Source of the DNA: Bacteroidales bacterium
GTDB taxonomy: Bacteria; Bacteroidota; Bacteroidia; Bacteroidales; FEN-979
DNA: 64,000 nucleotides
NCBI GenBank assembly: GCA_017882335.1
Contig: JADGPR010000002.1
Coordinates: 28,917-92,916, forward strand
Direction of reading: 5' to 3'
In this document: positions 54,690 to 64,000 of the stretch, one piece after another
Position numbering within the stretch: position 1 is the stretch's first letter
Layout: each line of letters starts with the position of its first letter
Made by a program: the position numbers and the translations under genes
The notes under the pieces: model-generated
Seen by the model: only the letters and a program-made list of their open reading frames with translations
What the model was told of the DNA's origin: nothing
Databases searched by the model: none

Positions 54690-55760
54690 ATGTACACCAG
54701 GAAAGAAAAAAATACATCGGGGGAAAAGAAAGAACGTACGGAATTGTCGGAGTTGGGTGAATTCGGACTGATCGATCATCTTGCAAAAAATATTATTCCC
54801 AAGCATGCCGGCACAGTGAAGGGTATAGGGGATGATGCTGCTGTGATCGACACCGGGAAGAACTTGCTGCTGCTCTCCACCGATCTTCTCCTGGAAGGCG
54901 TTCATTTCGACCTTACCTACATGCCCTTGAAACACCTGGGTTACAAGGCAGCCGTTGTGAATATCTCCGATATTGCCGCCATGAATGGCATCCCCAAACA
55001 AATGACCGTATCGATTGCCGTTTCCAATCGGTTTTCGCTGGAAGCCATTGAAGAACTGTACCGGGGAATCCGGATGGCATGCGATAAATACAACATCGAC
55101 CTGGTGGGAGGAGATACCAGTTCGAGTGTTTCCGGATTGCTGATCTCAGTCACCATTACCGGGGAAGTCGCCCGGGAAGAGATCGTGTACCGCAACGGTG
55201 CAAAAGAAGGCGACCTGCTCTGCGTTACTGGCGACCTGGGTGGAGCCTATGCCGGATTGCTGATCCTGGAACGGGAAAAACAGGTATATAAAGCCAACCC
55301 GGAAATGCAGCCGGAACTCACAGGCTATGATTATGTACTCGCCCGCCAGCTGAAACCGGAAGCCCGCACCGACCTCCGTAACCTCTTCAAAAAGATAGGA
55401 GTATTGCCAACTTCTATGATCGATATTTCGGATGGACTTGCCTCGGACACGCTTCACCTATGCCATCAGTCAAAAACCGGATGCAGAATCTACGAGGAAA
55501 AGATACCTATGGATGAGGAAACCAAAAGGCTTGCCCTGGAGTTTAATATTATTCCGACAATATGTGCCCTGAGCGGCGGGGAAGATTATGAATTGCTCTT
55601 CACCATAAAACAAACGGATTATGACAAGATCCGAAATGTTCCGGAGATCACAGTCATTGGACACATTACTACTTCCGGCGATGGACAAAATCTCATTACC
55701 CCCGACGGGCAAACGGTAAAACTCACTGCCCAGGGATGGGATGCGTTTAACAAGAAGTAG
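54690..55760 (+). CDS. thiL: thiamine-monophosphate kinase
   Basis: ELGEFGLIDHL...GIGDDAAVI...EGVHFDL and the AIR-synthase-like fold motifs GGDTS and SDGL. Confidence 0.9.
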   Translation: MYTRKEKNTSGEKKERTELSELGEFGLIDHLAKNIIPKHAGTVKGIGDDAAVIDTGKNLLLLSTDLLLEGVHFDLTYMPLKHLGYKAAVVNISDIAAMNGIPKQMTVSIAVSNRFSLEAIEELYRGIRMACDKYNIDLVGGDTSSSVSGLLISVTITGEVAREEIVYRNGAKEGDLLCVTGDLGGAYAGLLILEREKQVYKANPEMQPELTGYDYVLARQLKPEARTDLRNLFKKIGVLPTSMIDISDGLASDTLHLCHQSKTGCRIYEEKIPMDEETKRLALEFNIIPTICALSGGEDYELLFTIKQTDYDKIRNVPEITVIGHITTSGDGQNLITPDGQTVKLTAQGWDAFNKK

Positions 55761-55761
55761 T

Positions 55762-57588
55762 ATGCCAGGATCCCTGAACAAATATTTCTCTCACCTGGAA
55801 ACTATCGTCAGGAATTTGCCTCAAAAACCGGGGATTTACCAGTATTTTGACGACAAAGACCGCATTATTTATATCGGGAAAGCAAAGAACCTGAAGAAAC
55901 GGGTGAGTTCCTATTTCAGCAAAATCACTTCCATCAGCGGAAAAGTGCAGATGCTGGTCAGGAAGATCGCCGATATCCGGTATGTTATTGTGGATACGGA
56001 ACAGGATGCGTTTCTCCTGGAAAATAACCTCATCAAAAAATACCGACCGCACTACAATGTTGCTTTAAAAGATGATAAAACATTTCCGTGGATCTGCATC
56101 CGGAATGAACCTTTTCCCCGGGTTTATTCAACGCGCCATGTCGTCCGCGACGGATCCATCTATTTCGGCCCGTATGCAAATGTGAGGCTGATGCATACCC
56201 TGCTGGATCTGTCACGCCAGTTGTATCCTCTCCGCAATTGTAACCTCAACCTGACCGACAAGAACATCAAAGCGGGGAAATTCAAGGTCTGTCTCGAATA
56301 CCACCTGGGGAACTGCAAAGGCCCATGCGAGGCGCTGCAAACCCACGAGGATTATGACCTTTCCATTGCATCCATCAAGGAAATTATCAAGGGAAATCTC
56401 CAGACCATCAACCGGCAACTGAAGGAGCTCATGCTGGAATATGCCGGAAGGATGGAATTCGAGAAAGCCCATCTTATCAAGGAGAAATTAGCATTGCTCG
56501 AAAAATTCCAGAGTAAATCCACGATCGTGAACCCATCCATCAATAATGTAGATGTATTTTCCATCCTCCCCGATATCACAACGGCATACGTGAACTTCAT
56601 GAAAGTGATGAACGGTGCGATCATCCAGGTTCACACCATTGAACTGGTCAAGAAACTGGATGAAACGCCGGAAGAACTGCTGTCCATCGCCGTTACCGAT
56701 ATCCGTCAGCGTTTTGAGAGCCAGGCGCCGGAGATCATTGTTCCGTTCATGATTGAATATGAATTCCCCGGGGTGACCCTTACGGTTCCCAGGATCGGCG
56801 ACAAGAAAAAGCTGCTCGAGCTATCTGAGCGGAATGTGAAATACTACCAGCTGGAAAAGGAAAAACAGAAAGAACTGGTGGATCCCGGGCACAGTTCCAA
56901 ACGCATCCTGGACCAGATGACGAAAGACCTGCGGATGACCGAACCACCGGCTCATATTGAATGTTTCGACAATTCGAATATCCAGGGAGCATACCCGGTG
57001 GCATCCATGGTTTGTTTCCGGGATGCAAAACCGGACAAGAGCGAATACCGGCATTTCAATATCAAGACAGTGGAAGGCCCCAATGATTTTGCGTCGATGG
57101 AAGAGATCATTTACCGACGCTACAAACGGTTGCAGGAGGAAAATTCCCCATTGCCGCAACTCATCATTGTGGATGGTGGAAAAGGCCAGTTGAGTGCAGC
57201 GATGAAAAGCCTGAAAAAACTCGGTCTGAACGGTAAAATGACGGTGATCGGAATTGCAAAGAAACTGGAAGAGATCTATTACCCGAATGACCCGCTCCCT
57301 ATGTACCTGGATAAAAAATCGGAGACCCTTCGCATTATCCAGCAGATGCGGGATGAGGCACATCGTTTCGGGATCACCCATCACCGGAGGAGAAGGGATA
57401 AAGGAACGATCAAGGCGCAACTGACGGAGATCGAAGGCATAGGGAATGCCACTAACCAGGTTTTATTAAGGAAATTCAAATCGGTGAAGAACATCCAGGT
57501 TGCAACCCTGGGTGAGCTGCAGAAAACCATCGGGAAAGCGAAAGGGAACGTGGTATATCAGCATTTTCATCCGGAAGAAAAGCCATAA
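55762..57588 (+). CDS. uvrC: excinuclease ABC subunit C
   Basis: GIY-YIG (PGIYQYFD...IIYIGKAKNLKKRV), a UVR domain, an Endo V-like domain and C-terminal HhH. Start at the ATG at 55762, one base after the thiL stop. Confidence 0.95.
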   Translation: MPGSLNKYFSHLETIVRNLPQKPGIYQYFDDKDRIIYIGKAKNLKKRVSSYFSKITSISGKVQMLVRKIADIRYVIVDTEQDAFLLENNLIKKYRPHYNVALKDDKTFPWICIRNEPFPRVYSTRHVVRDGSIYFGPYANVRLMHTLLDLSRQLYPLRNCNLNLTDKNIKAGKFKVCLEYHLGNCKGPCEALQTHEDYDLSIASIKEIIKGNLQTINRQLKELMLEYAGRMEFEKAHLIKEKLALLEKFQSKSTIVNPSINNVDVFSILPDITTAYVNFMKVMNGAIIQVHTIELVKKLDETPEELLSIAVTDIRQRFESQAPEIIVPFMIEYEFPGVTLTVPRIGDKKKLLELSERNVKYYQLEKEKQKELVDPGHSSKRILDQMTKDLRMTEPPAHIECFDNSNIQGAYPVASMVCFRDAKPDKSEYRHFNIKTVEGPNDFASMEEIIYRRYKRLQEENSPLPQLIIVDGGKGQLSAAMKSLKKLGLNGKMTVIGIAKKLEEIYYPNDPLPMYLDKKSETLRIIQQMRDEAHRFGITHHRRRRDKGTIKAQLTEIEGIGNATNQVLLRKFKSVKNIQVATLGELQKTIGKAKGNVVYQHFHPEEKP

Positions 57589-57606
57589 AAAATTTACGGA
57601 CAAATG

Positions 57607-57743
57607 TTTCTCGCAGATTTTCGCAGATAAGACGCAAATTTTCGCAGAATGGATTCCTTTTCATAACACTCATCTTATCCTGCATTAAATTTTGATGGTT
57701 TCTGCGTGAATCGGCGATTAAATCAGCGAAAATCTGCGAGAAC
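57607..57743. repeat. second ORF-less MITE-like element of the CGCAGA word family
   Basis: The left arm is TTTCTCGCAGATTTTCGCAGATAAGACGCAAATTTTCGCAGAAT. The reverse complement of the left end (GCGAAAATCTGCGAGAAA) matches the right end GCGAAAATCTGCGAGAAC (57726-57743) at 17/18. Confidence 0.7.
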
Positions 57744-58169
57744 TTTTTTTTTCCGTTTCATGTTCCAAAGCACAAATACCCCCCAACCCAGGAAACACCC
57801 TGCAACATCGGCGATGAAATCGTAAACAGAACACTGCCTGCTGGTAATCAGCGTTGTTCCCTGCAACCATTCTGTAAGTCCCCCCAGGAAAATGCCAATA
57901 TTCAAGGCGATGAACACTGCCAACCGGTATGCCGGCTTATTGCGCAATTGTTTCAGGAGACCGAGGAGAAGCAGGAATACCAGTACCGCGAAAAGAAAAA
58001 GGTGTACCAGTTTATCCGGTTGGAAAAGATCAAGGTACGACGGAATGTGCGGGATCAAGGTTCCCGGGATGCAGGTCAGCACAAGTATGACGGCAATCCA
58101 CAAGATTCCCGGAATGTGATATTGAAGAAAATTCTTCAAAGAGCGAAGTTTCTTAAAAACCAGGATCAT
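57723..58169 (-). CDS. VanZ-like family membrane protein
   Basis: 4 TM helices and the DKLVHLFLFAVL motif. The stop codon and last codons lie inside the repeat arm. Confidence 0.6.
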   Translation of the reverse strand: MILVFKKLRSLKNFLQYHIPGILWIAVILVLTCIPGTLIPHIPSYLDLFQPDKLVHLFLFAVLVFLLLLGLLKQLRNKPAYRLAVFIALNIGIFLGGLTEWLQGTTLITSRQCSVYDFIADVAGCFLGWGVFVLWNMKRKKKVLADFR

Positions 58170-58546
58170 CCCCCGATAAGGGTTGAATAATCCGCTGCTG
58201 AAAGCAATTTACCGATCTCGTCCGGATTATTGATCTTAATCCGGATCACCCAGCCTGCTTCATAAGGATCCTGGTTGAGAGTCTCGGGTTTTGCAATAAG
58301 GGCATCATTGAATGCAAGAATTTCCCCGCTAACAGGCATATACATATCCGACACCGTTTTCACGGCTTCAATGGTTCCGAAAGATTCGCCTTTCTGCAGG
58401 ATCTCCCCTACTGTTTCCACTTCAATAAATACGATATCACCCAATTCATGCTGTGCGTAATCGCTGATCCCGACAACGGCTTCATCACCTTCTGCTTTCA
58501 GCCATTCATGATCTTTTGTGTACTTTAAATTTCCGGGTACGTTCAT
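58166..58546 (-). CDS. gcvH: glycine cleavage system protein H
   Basis: YTKDHEWL... and the lipoyl-lysine motif TIEAVKTVSDMYMPVSGE. There is a 4-nt ATGA overlap with the downstream VanZ-like gene. Confidence 0.95.
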   Translation of the reverse strand: MNVPGNLKYTKDHEWLKAEGDEAVVGISDYAQHELGDIVFIEVETVGEILQKGESFGTIEAVKTVSDMYMPVSGEILAFNDALIAKPETLNQDPYEAGWVIRIKINNPDEIGKLLSAADYSTLIGG

Positions 58547-58574
58547 AAAAATTTAGATTTGGTTATTTGAGCAT

Positions 58575-58582
58575 CAAAAATA
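58575..58582 (-). promoter_or_regulatory. candidate -7 box (TATTTTTG on minus strand) for gcvH
   Basis: TAnnTTTG match 29 nt upstream of the gcvH ATG. Confidence 0.35.
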
Positions 58583-58627
58583 GTCTTTTTTGGAAAACCC
58601 CTAAAATCTTTCTCTTCTGATCTATCA

Positions 58628-61600
58628 TCATTGTGCCAGCGTGAACCTCAGTGTAAGTCCGCCTGTAGTGTTTGAGGTCCGGTATTGGTTTGAAACATAG
58701 GGCGAGTTAATAACTTTAGTAAAATAGAACCGGATATTGAACCGTTGGTTGAGGTTGTAATCGACAGTGAAGTTGATTGAGGTTATCTGCTGTCCGGTCG
58801 AGATCTGGTTGATCGCTTCATCGATCCTTCGCAGCATTGTTTTGTTACGTCGAATCGAGAAATCGGCTTTGATGTTCAGGTCGCTCGAATATTTGCTCTT
58901 CTTTCCGGCCATCCCGAGGGAGATAAAGGAAAGACGGATATTCTTGAAGCGGTATCCCAGGCCCACGATGAATTCATTGGTGAAGACTTCGGTGAGCTGG
59001 TTGTTAGCAAAGCTGAAAGATAGGTTCCGTGACCGTTTCCATTCGATAGAGGACAAGAGGCTGTTTACCCAGCCCATATCGAATTTAATCAACGGGTTGA
59101 ACTGCTCGGTAATGGAAACCACACCGATCCGGTTTTTGGGAACATAATTGCCGGCAGCGTCAAATGCTGTAGGATATCCATCCTGTTCTTTGTAATAAAT
59201 GTCCGAATTGAACGATCCTACAGAATAGGTCGACAAATAAGCATGTGAAATGGTAAAGGTCCGCAAGTATTTTTTTATGGAACGAATCTTTGCCAGTCCA
59301 TCGTAAGTGATTCTCCAGTTCGGCAGAGGAAATCTGGGAAATGCGCTCAGACCGATCTTTGAAGGATTTCTCCCGGAATAAGCCGCCAGGAAAGCCGTAT
59401 TGAGAACTTCCTGGTCGGTTACCCCGTAGCCTAATGGGTACCCTGTGGTATCCGTCTTTCCTGCCGACCATGGATTCTGGGCAGAATAACGCTGGGCGAT
59501 CTCCAGTCGGATGAATTTCATCCTTTCAAACAGTGGGGAGATGGTGTTTTCCCCATTCTTGGCAAAACTGGTACCAATCATGATATACGACATAGTAAAG
59601 GCACCATTGTCCTGAGCCGAGAATTGGCCAAACCCGCCGAGGGCATCTGTATATTTATAAAATTCCGAGTGAGACCGGCTATAGGTACGAATGGCGTTGA
59701 TCTCGATTTTCAAATCCGGGAGCGGCTCAAGCGAGGCTGTAAGCGACAGGTTATCGTTGTACTTGTTGAAATATTGTTGGAACAGCATGGAGTCCCTTGA
59801 AAACCAGGCTTCACCACCAGGACGGATATCCTTTTGGCTGCCGAATATAAAACCGAGGCCCGGAGCATTGTTTGTCCAACTATTGCCCAGAGCGACAGGA
59901 ATGGGGTTAAAACCCGGGATAAGGGTACCTTCGCCCATCGTATAATTGATCCCTACGGAGCGGACGCTCATAAGGATCCTCAAGGCTCCATCCTTAAGAA
60001 ATTTGCCGAAATTAAACCCGGGAGTTACTTTTTTCAGGCTGTCAATTTTTGCCTGAGATTTATCCGGTTTATTTTTCGACGATTGGTTTGGATTCTGTTT
60101 CCCTGAAGTAGTATTGGCCTGGAGGATTTTTTTAAGATAAGGCACCTTGTTGTAGATATTGAGCAGGTTTAATCTCCCGTTCAGCACCTTGGTGCTTGAA
60201 TTCTCGATGGTATTGCCCAGGCGTGCCTGGAGGGAAATCGGGCTGGCCGTCCAGTGGTAGTTGGCCTGATATCCTGCAGTTACCGAGATCCACTCGAGAT
60301 ATGGGATCTTGGAAAATGGAAGGTCATAAGTTCCGGAAAACTGCTGGTTATAATTGTTCATGGTGCCGAATGAAAATATCTGATCCCATACCTGCTGCTG
60401 GTTTGAATGATCGATTTTTCCTGGGGGCTCGTTCACATAAGCGGCGGCGTTCGCCACAAGTGTAAATTTGAGTGCTTTTGAAAAATCATACTTCAGATCA
60501 TAAACCCTTGTCCAGTCCCACCTCTTGATATAGAAGGTCTCCATAGGGATATCGGCAATGCTTTTATTCCTGAATTTCCGTTGTTCGAATTCGCGGTTCA
60601 TATCGGTACGGAATGAGAATGACCGGGGCAAGTAATAGAAATTGAAATCGGAGATCAGCCTGAGGGCCTTGTGCCTGGTGAGTGCTTTTGTTTTGGAAAA
60701 GGGAATAACATTTTTAGGAACTGCCGCATAGTTGTAACCGATTCCTCCTGTATATTTTTTCTGCAGGTCGTATTCGATATCCGGATTCCGTTGGAAGACC
60801 TCGGAATAAGCATAACTGATGTTGAAATTCTCGATATCGTAGATCTTCGCTTTTTTTTCCCCTATACGGTCTTTCCTGACATTCATGAGGTTGAAGTTCT
60901 TTCGCTGTGTATATTCTTCCGATAAGGCACGAACCGAATCCTTCTGGCTCTGCGAAGTATAGGTCTTCAGTTCATCTTTAAAAAGGATATCAGGATTGAG
61001 GGGGTCGTATTTTGGAGTGCTCTTGAGCAGGGAATAATCGAAATGCATAGGAATACGGATGCCCGACTTTTCCGGGAAGAATTTCCCAAGTTCAAGGTCG
61101 GTATCAAATCCAAATCCCATTGTGGATTTCATTTCCCGCTGGGTCTGTTTCTGTTCGATGGTTCCGAAGCCATCGCTCATGTAAGAACCGGTAAGCTGAA
61201 CCCGTCCGAGATCGGCAAGGTCGGCAGCGATTCGTGCTGTTGCAGCCCATCCTCCGCTTTTATTGAAATCTGTAAGGCGAAGTTCATCCACCCAGATCTC
61301 CGCACATTTCGCCTGTCCATCATCATTGATTGACTGGGTGGTCTTTTTAGGATTCCGGACCCCGATCATGATGGCTTTTACATCGCTGATGGTAGGAGAG
61401 CCGACCACAGTAATATGGTTGTTACCATCATTTTCGATGAAGGGAGTGGAAGTAGTTATGTTGTTCCCGGGCGATCGCATTGCAATGTTCCGGTCCTCTT
61501 TGACCTGCACCAGGCGGTCCAGGTCGACGTTAAAAGCATTGGCATCGGGCCAGATCGCATCCGGATTGGTGGAACTGGTACCCCAGGGCGTGAAGGTCAG

Positions 61601-64000
61601 GGGGATTTCGTACTCATAATAGTTTAAGGTAAAGTCGGATCCTACGCGCATGAAAATGGTGAGGTCACCGTTCTTGACACTCTGGCTGCGGATCGACTGT
61701 TCAGCATGGACGAACATCTCCAACCTCTTGAACTGGCGAAAATCGAATTCGCAGGTTTTGAAGGCGGCACGTGCATCCCCATCCACCAGGTTACAGGCCT
61801 TCAGAACCATCGATTGTTCGTTTAGTTGTTGTTGGTTGGTAGATCCCCAGTTCGTTTCCCGGGTGATACCCGGCGGAATCACATAGGGGATGGGCTGTTT
61901 GCTTCCATTTTCTTCAATGCTTACCGTAGCGATGTCGAAGGTCGTCTGGTTCTGGTTGTTGTCAGGGATGTATTCACCCGGCTGAAGCAGGTCGTAGGCA
62001 TATTTCCTCCATTCGCCCCGTGAAAGTTCAAGAGTGGCAAAACGACAAACGACATTCTTATTAAAACCCTTGAAAAACATACGCAGGAAACGTATGGAAG
62101 TAAATCCCTGGATATTACCAACCGTTTTATCAGGAGTCCGGATGGGGATCTTGAACTGGAACCACCTTACACTTCCCCTCGATCCGTCGGCCAATGGGAT
62201 ATCGATCGCACGGTAAACATTCGTGATGTAATTTTGCCCCGGCTTCATTTTATCGGGGCTCAGGTGAACGACATACTGGTAATAGCGTTCGGCCTCACTC
62301 AGGGTATTGTCATGATTGATGTCTTCCACGTTCGGGAGGGTGGTCCCCATAAATTGGGAACCTTCAGGAGAATTTCCTTCAACGCCGGCATAGTTCTTAT
62401 ACCGCTCGAGAACGCTGGAATACTGGTCCTGGCTATCGTAATCGGTTCCACGGAAATAATGGAAATCATCGGCCGAAGGGTCCCGGAGCGCCAGTTGGTA
62501 GGCTTGTGAATTTACCCCGTAGAGGCCGGCAATTTTTTGCAGGTAAGTTGAATCGAAAAATGTCCGTTCATCGTTATCGCTTAACCCGTCATATCCCACA
62601 TCCTGATACTGGCGTGAACCCGGAGAGTTATCAAATGCATCCACCAGCGCCTGAACGGAAGGAACTCTTCCCCATATTGTCGTATCCACATTGGTAATTG
62701 TTCCAGAAGTAGGTAACCCGTTTTCAAAGGATTTCCTGCCATCACGGAGGATATCTTCCGAAACATCACCCAGGTTGAAATACAGGTCGCCGGAGATGGT
62801 GGAATCTTTTGAAAATGGATCCATCATCCAGAATTCGATATATTGGATATTGGTAGCGTCAAAATCGGTGGATTCGATTTTCCGCATCATGCCTCCCCAA
62901 CGCGTCTCAGGGAACTGGAGCAAACCGCCGCTGGCAATCCCTTTCGAGAAGGCCCCGGGTTTGACATCGTAATTGTATGGCCCCCGATCAGCAGGATAAT
63001 AAGCCAAATTTAAAACGGCAAGGTTAACCGGTACCCCATTCAGGGGTTGTTTATTTGGAAAAACCTCAGTTTCCCATACCTGGCGGACCTCGTTTTTGGA
63101 AAGTTCAGTGTTGTTGACGTTTTGCGGGATCAGGTTCTGGTTCTTGTCGTAAAATAAAGGATCTATAATGTACCACGACAACTTTGACCGGTTGAATCCG
63201 TATGCTAGCCCTGTTCCGGAAGTGCCTTCGGGGAACATTGCAGGAGAAGTTTGTCCTTGCGGAGTACTGGCCAGGAACCAGGTTCCATAATTTTTCAGAT
63301 CGATGGTGGAACGTGCACCTTCAAAATCATCGATGTAGGAAGTACCGGTGCTTCCGATGGATTTGGAATGGCCCGGGATGAACTGCGCAAATTCTGCATC
63401 CACTGCTATCTTCGAGATGGTCTTTGTGTGAATAAATGGAAGCATATCAACGATCCGGGTGATGAGCCTTGACTCGGTCCGGTAAGTGAGACTCAATCCC
63501 CACATCGTGTTGGAGATCGGTTCGTCTCCATAGTTGACCTTCTGCGTCAACGGACGTTCATTGAGGTTGAGAATGGTCCCGCCGATGATAAAATCCTTGT
63601 TGATCTTGTAATCGACATGAGCACCCATCAACCGCTTGGTCTGGATATTGAACATCTGGGTGCTTTCCATTGAAATATTGATCGGAGTACCTGAATTGAG
63701 GATCCCTTCGTTGATGATCCGTACTCTTCCGAGTGTATAATCGACCGTATAATCTACGTTCTCCGTCAGCTGAACCCCACCGGCTGTCACCCTCACAGAT
63801 CCCTGAGGAACATTCAGCGCATTGAGAGAGATCTCGGCCCCGGTTGTGGATTTTAAAAATCCTTCAAGGACAAATTTGTTCTTATCGGGATATTGTTTTG
63901 CCATAGTACGGGTCACCGTGTATAAGGAATCAAAACAATATTTGGTTGCCAGTTCGAGTGAATGTGTTGGATTCATCGGGTCATAGATAGAATCCCTTAG
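58628..64000 (-). CDS. sprA: T9SS translocon protein SprA (C-terminal ~1790 aa; N-terminus beyond right edge)
   Basis: The giant ORF is still open at the window edge (the frame continues upstream of the M at 63976). Typical SprA segments are present: VDYTVDYTLGRVRIINEGILNSGTPINISME, a beta-rich body and the C-terminus ...GGLTLRFTLAQ. Adjacency to gcvH is common in Bacteroidota. Confidence 0.8.
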   Translation of the reverse strand, partial: LRDSIYDPMNPTHSLELATKYCFDSLYTVTRTMAKQYPDKNKFVLEGFLKSTTGAEISLNALNVPQGSVRVTAGGVQLTENVDYTVDYTLGRVRIINEGILNSGTPINISMESTQMFNIQTKRLMGAHVDYKINKDFIIGGTILNLNERPLTQKVNYGDEPISNTMWGLSLTYRTESRLITRIVDMLPFIHTKTISKIAVDAEFAQFIPGHSKSIGSTGTSYIDDFEGARSTIDLKNYGTWFLASTPQGQTSPAMFPEGTSGTGLAYGFNRSKLSWYIIDPLFYDKNQNLIPQNVNNTELSKNEVRQVWETEVFPNKQPLNGVPVNLAVLNLAYYPADRGPYNYDVKPGAFSKGIASGGLLQFPETRWGGMMRKIESTDFDATNIQYIEFWMMDPFSKDSTISGDLYFNLGDVSEDILRDGRKSFENGLPTSGTITNVDTTIWGRVPSVQALVDAFDNSPGSRQYQDVGYDGLSDNDERTFFDSTYLQKIAGLYGVNSQAYQLALRDPSADDFHYFRGTDYDSQDQYSSVLERYKNYAGVEGNSPEGSQFMGTTLPNVEDINHDNTLSEAERYYQYVVHLSPDKMKPGQNYITNVYRAIDIPLADGSRGSVRWFQFKIPIRTPDKTVGNIQGFTSIRFLRMFFKGFNKNVVCRFATLELSRGEWRKYAYDLLQPGEYIPDNNQNQTTFDIATVSIEENGSKQPIPYVIPPGITRETNWGSTNQQQLNEQSMVLKACNLVDGDARAAFKTCEFDFRQFKRLEMFVHAEQSIRSQSVKNGDLTIFMRVGSDFTLNYYEYEIPLTFTPWGTSSTNPDAIWPDANAFNVDLDRLVQVKEDRNIAMRSPGNNITTSTPFIENDGNNHITVVGSPTISDVKAIMIGVRNPKKTTQSINDDGQAKCAEIWVDELRLTDFNKSGGWAATARIAADLADLGRVQLTGSYMSDGFGTIEQKQTQREMKSTMGFGFDTDLELGKFFPEKSGIRIPMHFDYSLLKSTPKYDPLNPDILFKDELKTYTSQSQKDSVRALSEEYTQRKNFNLMNVRKDRIGEKKAKIYDIENFNISYAYSEVFQRNPDIEYDLQKKYTGGIGYNYAAVPKNVIPFSKTKALTRHKALRLISDFNFYYLPRSFSFRTDMNREFEQRKFRNKSIADIPMETFYIKRWDWTRVYDLKYDFSKALKFTLVANAAAYVNEPPGKIDHSNQQQVWDQIFSFGTMNNYNQQFSGTYDLPFSKIPYLEWISVTAGYQANYHWTASPISLQARLGNTIENSSTKVLNGRLNLLNIYNKVPYLKKILQANTTSGKQNPNQSSKNKPDKSQAKIDSLKKVTPGFNFGKFLKDGALRILMSVRSVGINYTMGEGTLIPGFNPIPVALGNSWTNNAPGLGFIFGSQKDIRPGGEAWFSRDSMLFQQYFNKYNDNLSLTASLEPLPDLKIEINAIRTYSRSHSEFYKYTDALGGFGQFSAQDNGAFTMSYIMIGTSFAKNGENTISPLFERMKFIRLEIAQRYSAQNPWSAGKTDTTGYPLGYGVTDQEVLNTAFLAAYSGRNPSKIGLSAFPRFPLPNWRITYDGLAKIRSIKKYLRTFTISHAYLSTYSVGSFNSDIYYKEQDGYPTAFDAAGNYVPKNRIGVVSITEQFNPLIKFDMGWVNSLLSSIEWKRSRNLSFSFANNQLTEVFTNEFIVGLGYRFKNIRLSFISLGMAGKKSKYSSDLNIKADFSIRRNKTMLRRIDEAINQISTGQQITSINFTVDYNLNQRFNIRFYFTKVINSPYVSNQYRTSNTTGGLTLRFTLAQ

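Noticed and set aside
54498-55001. A 167-aa minus-strand ORF overlapping the thiL 5' region.
   Set aside because: It is antisense to a well-supported thiL N-terminus, and its upstream half runs through hairpin/repeat DNA. It has no recognisable motif.
58628-63976. Numerous 60-130 aa ORFs nested in or antisense to sprA. Similar nested ORFs occur within dxs, typA, the C25 genes, the TonB receptor and the suf genes.
   Set aside because: All lie inside long, motif-supported genes and show no independent coding signal. They are treated as shadow ORFs.

Overview
This is a Bacteroidota-type chromosomal segment with about 50 protein genes. I saw no rRNA, tRNA or CRISPR array. The phylum call rests on several observations:
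- T9SS components: a partial sprA translocon gene and three cargo proteins with type-A C-terminal sorting domains.
- An ECF-sigma/FecR/TonB-dependent-receptor/DUF4249 cluster.
- TAnnTTTG -7 promoter boxes.
- Many lipoproteins.

The recognisable core genes are rbfA, a LolE-like permease, dxs, typA, the sufBCDSE operon, a DUF59/SufT-like gene, thiL, uvrC, gcvH, a type I mannose-6-P isomerase, a LOG protein, dCMP deaminase, isoaspartyl peptidase, an APC permease and a TauE exporter.

The accessory-looking parts are:
- Two tandem gingipain-family (C25) peptidases (12.8-19.3 kb).
- A thioredoxin / beta-barrel / CxxC-lipoprotein trio (19.6-22.8 kb).
- A visibly AT-rich 3-gene lipoprotein islet (50.3-54.4 kb): a membrane-anchored protein, a YARHG+DUF3160-like protein and a CapA-like protein.

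The most unusual signal is non-coding. Almost every longer intergenic spacer is filled with blocks of about four degenerate 7-10 nt tandem 'rhyming' units.
- Some blocks pair as inverted arms: around a four-helix-bundle (S23p/Avd-like) gene, around two ORF-less MITE-like elements, and as an empty hairpin between convergent genes.
- Some sit in sense orientation inside operons (suf, sigma-FecR).
- Some donate stop codons and short C-terminal tails, and in one case an in-frame insert, to flanking genes.

All functional calls come from motif recognition by eye. No database search was run.
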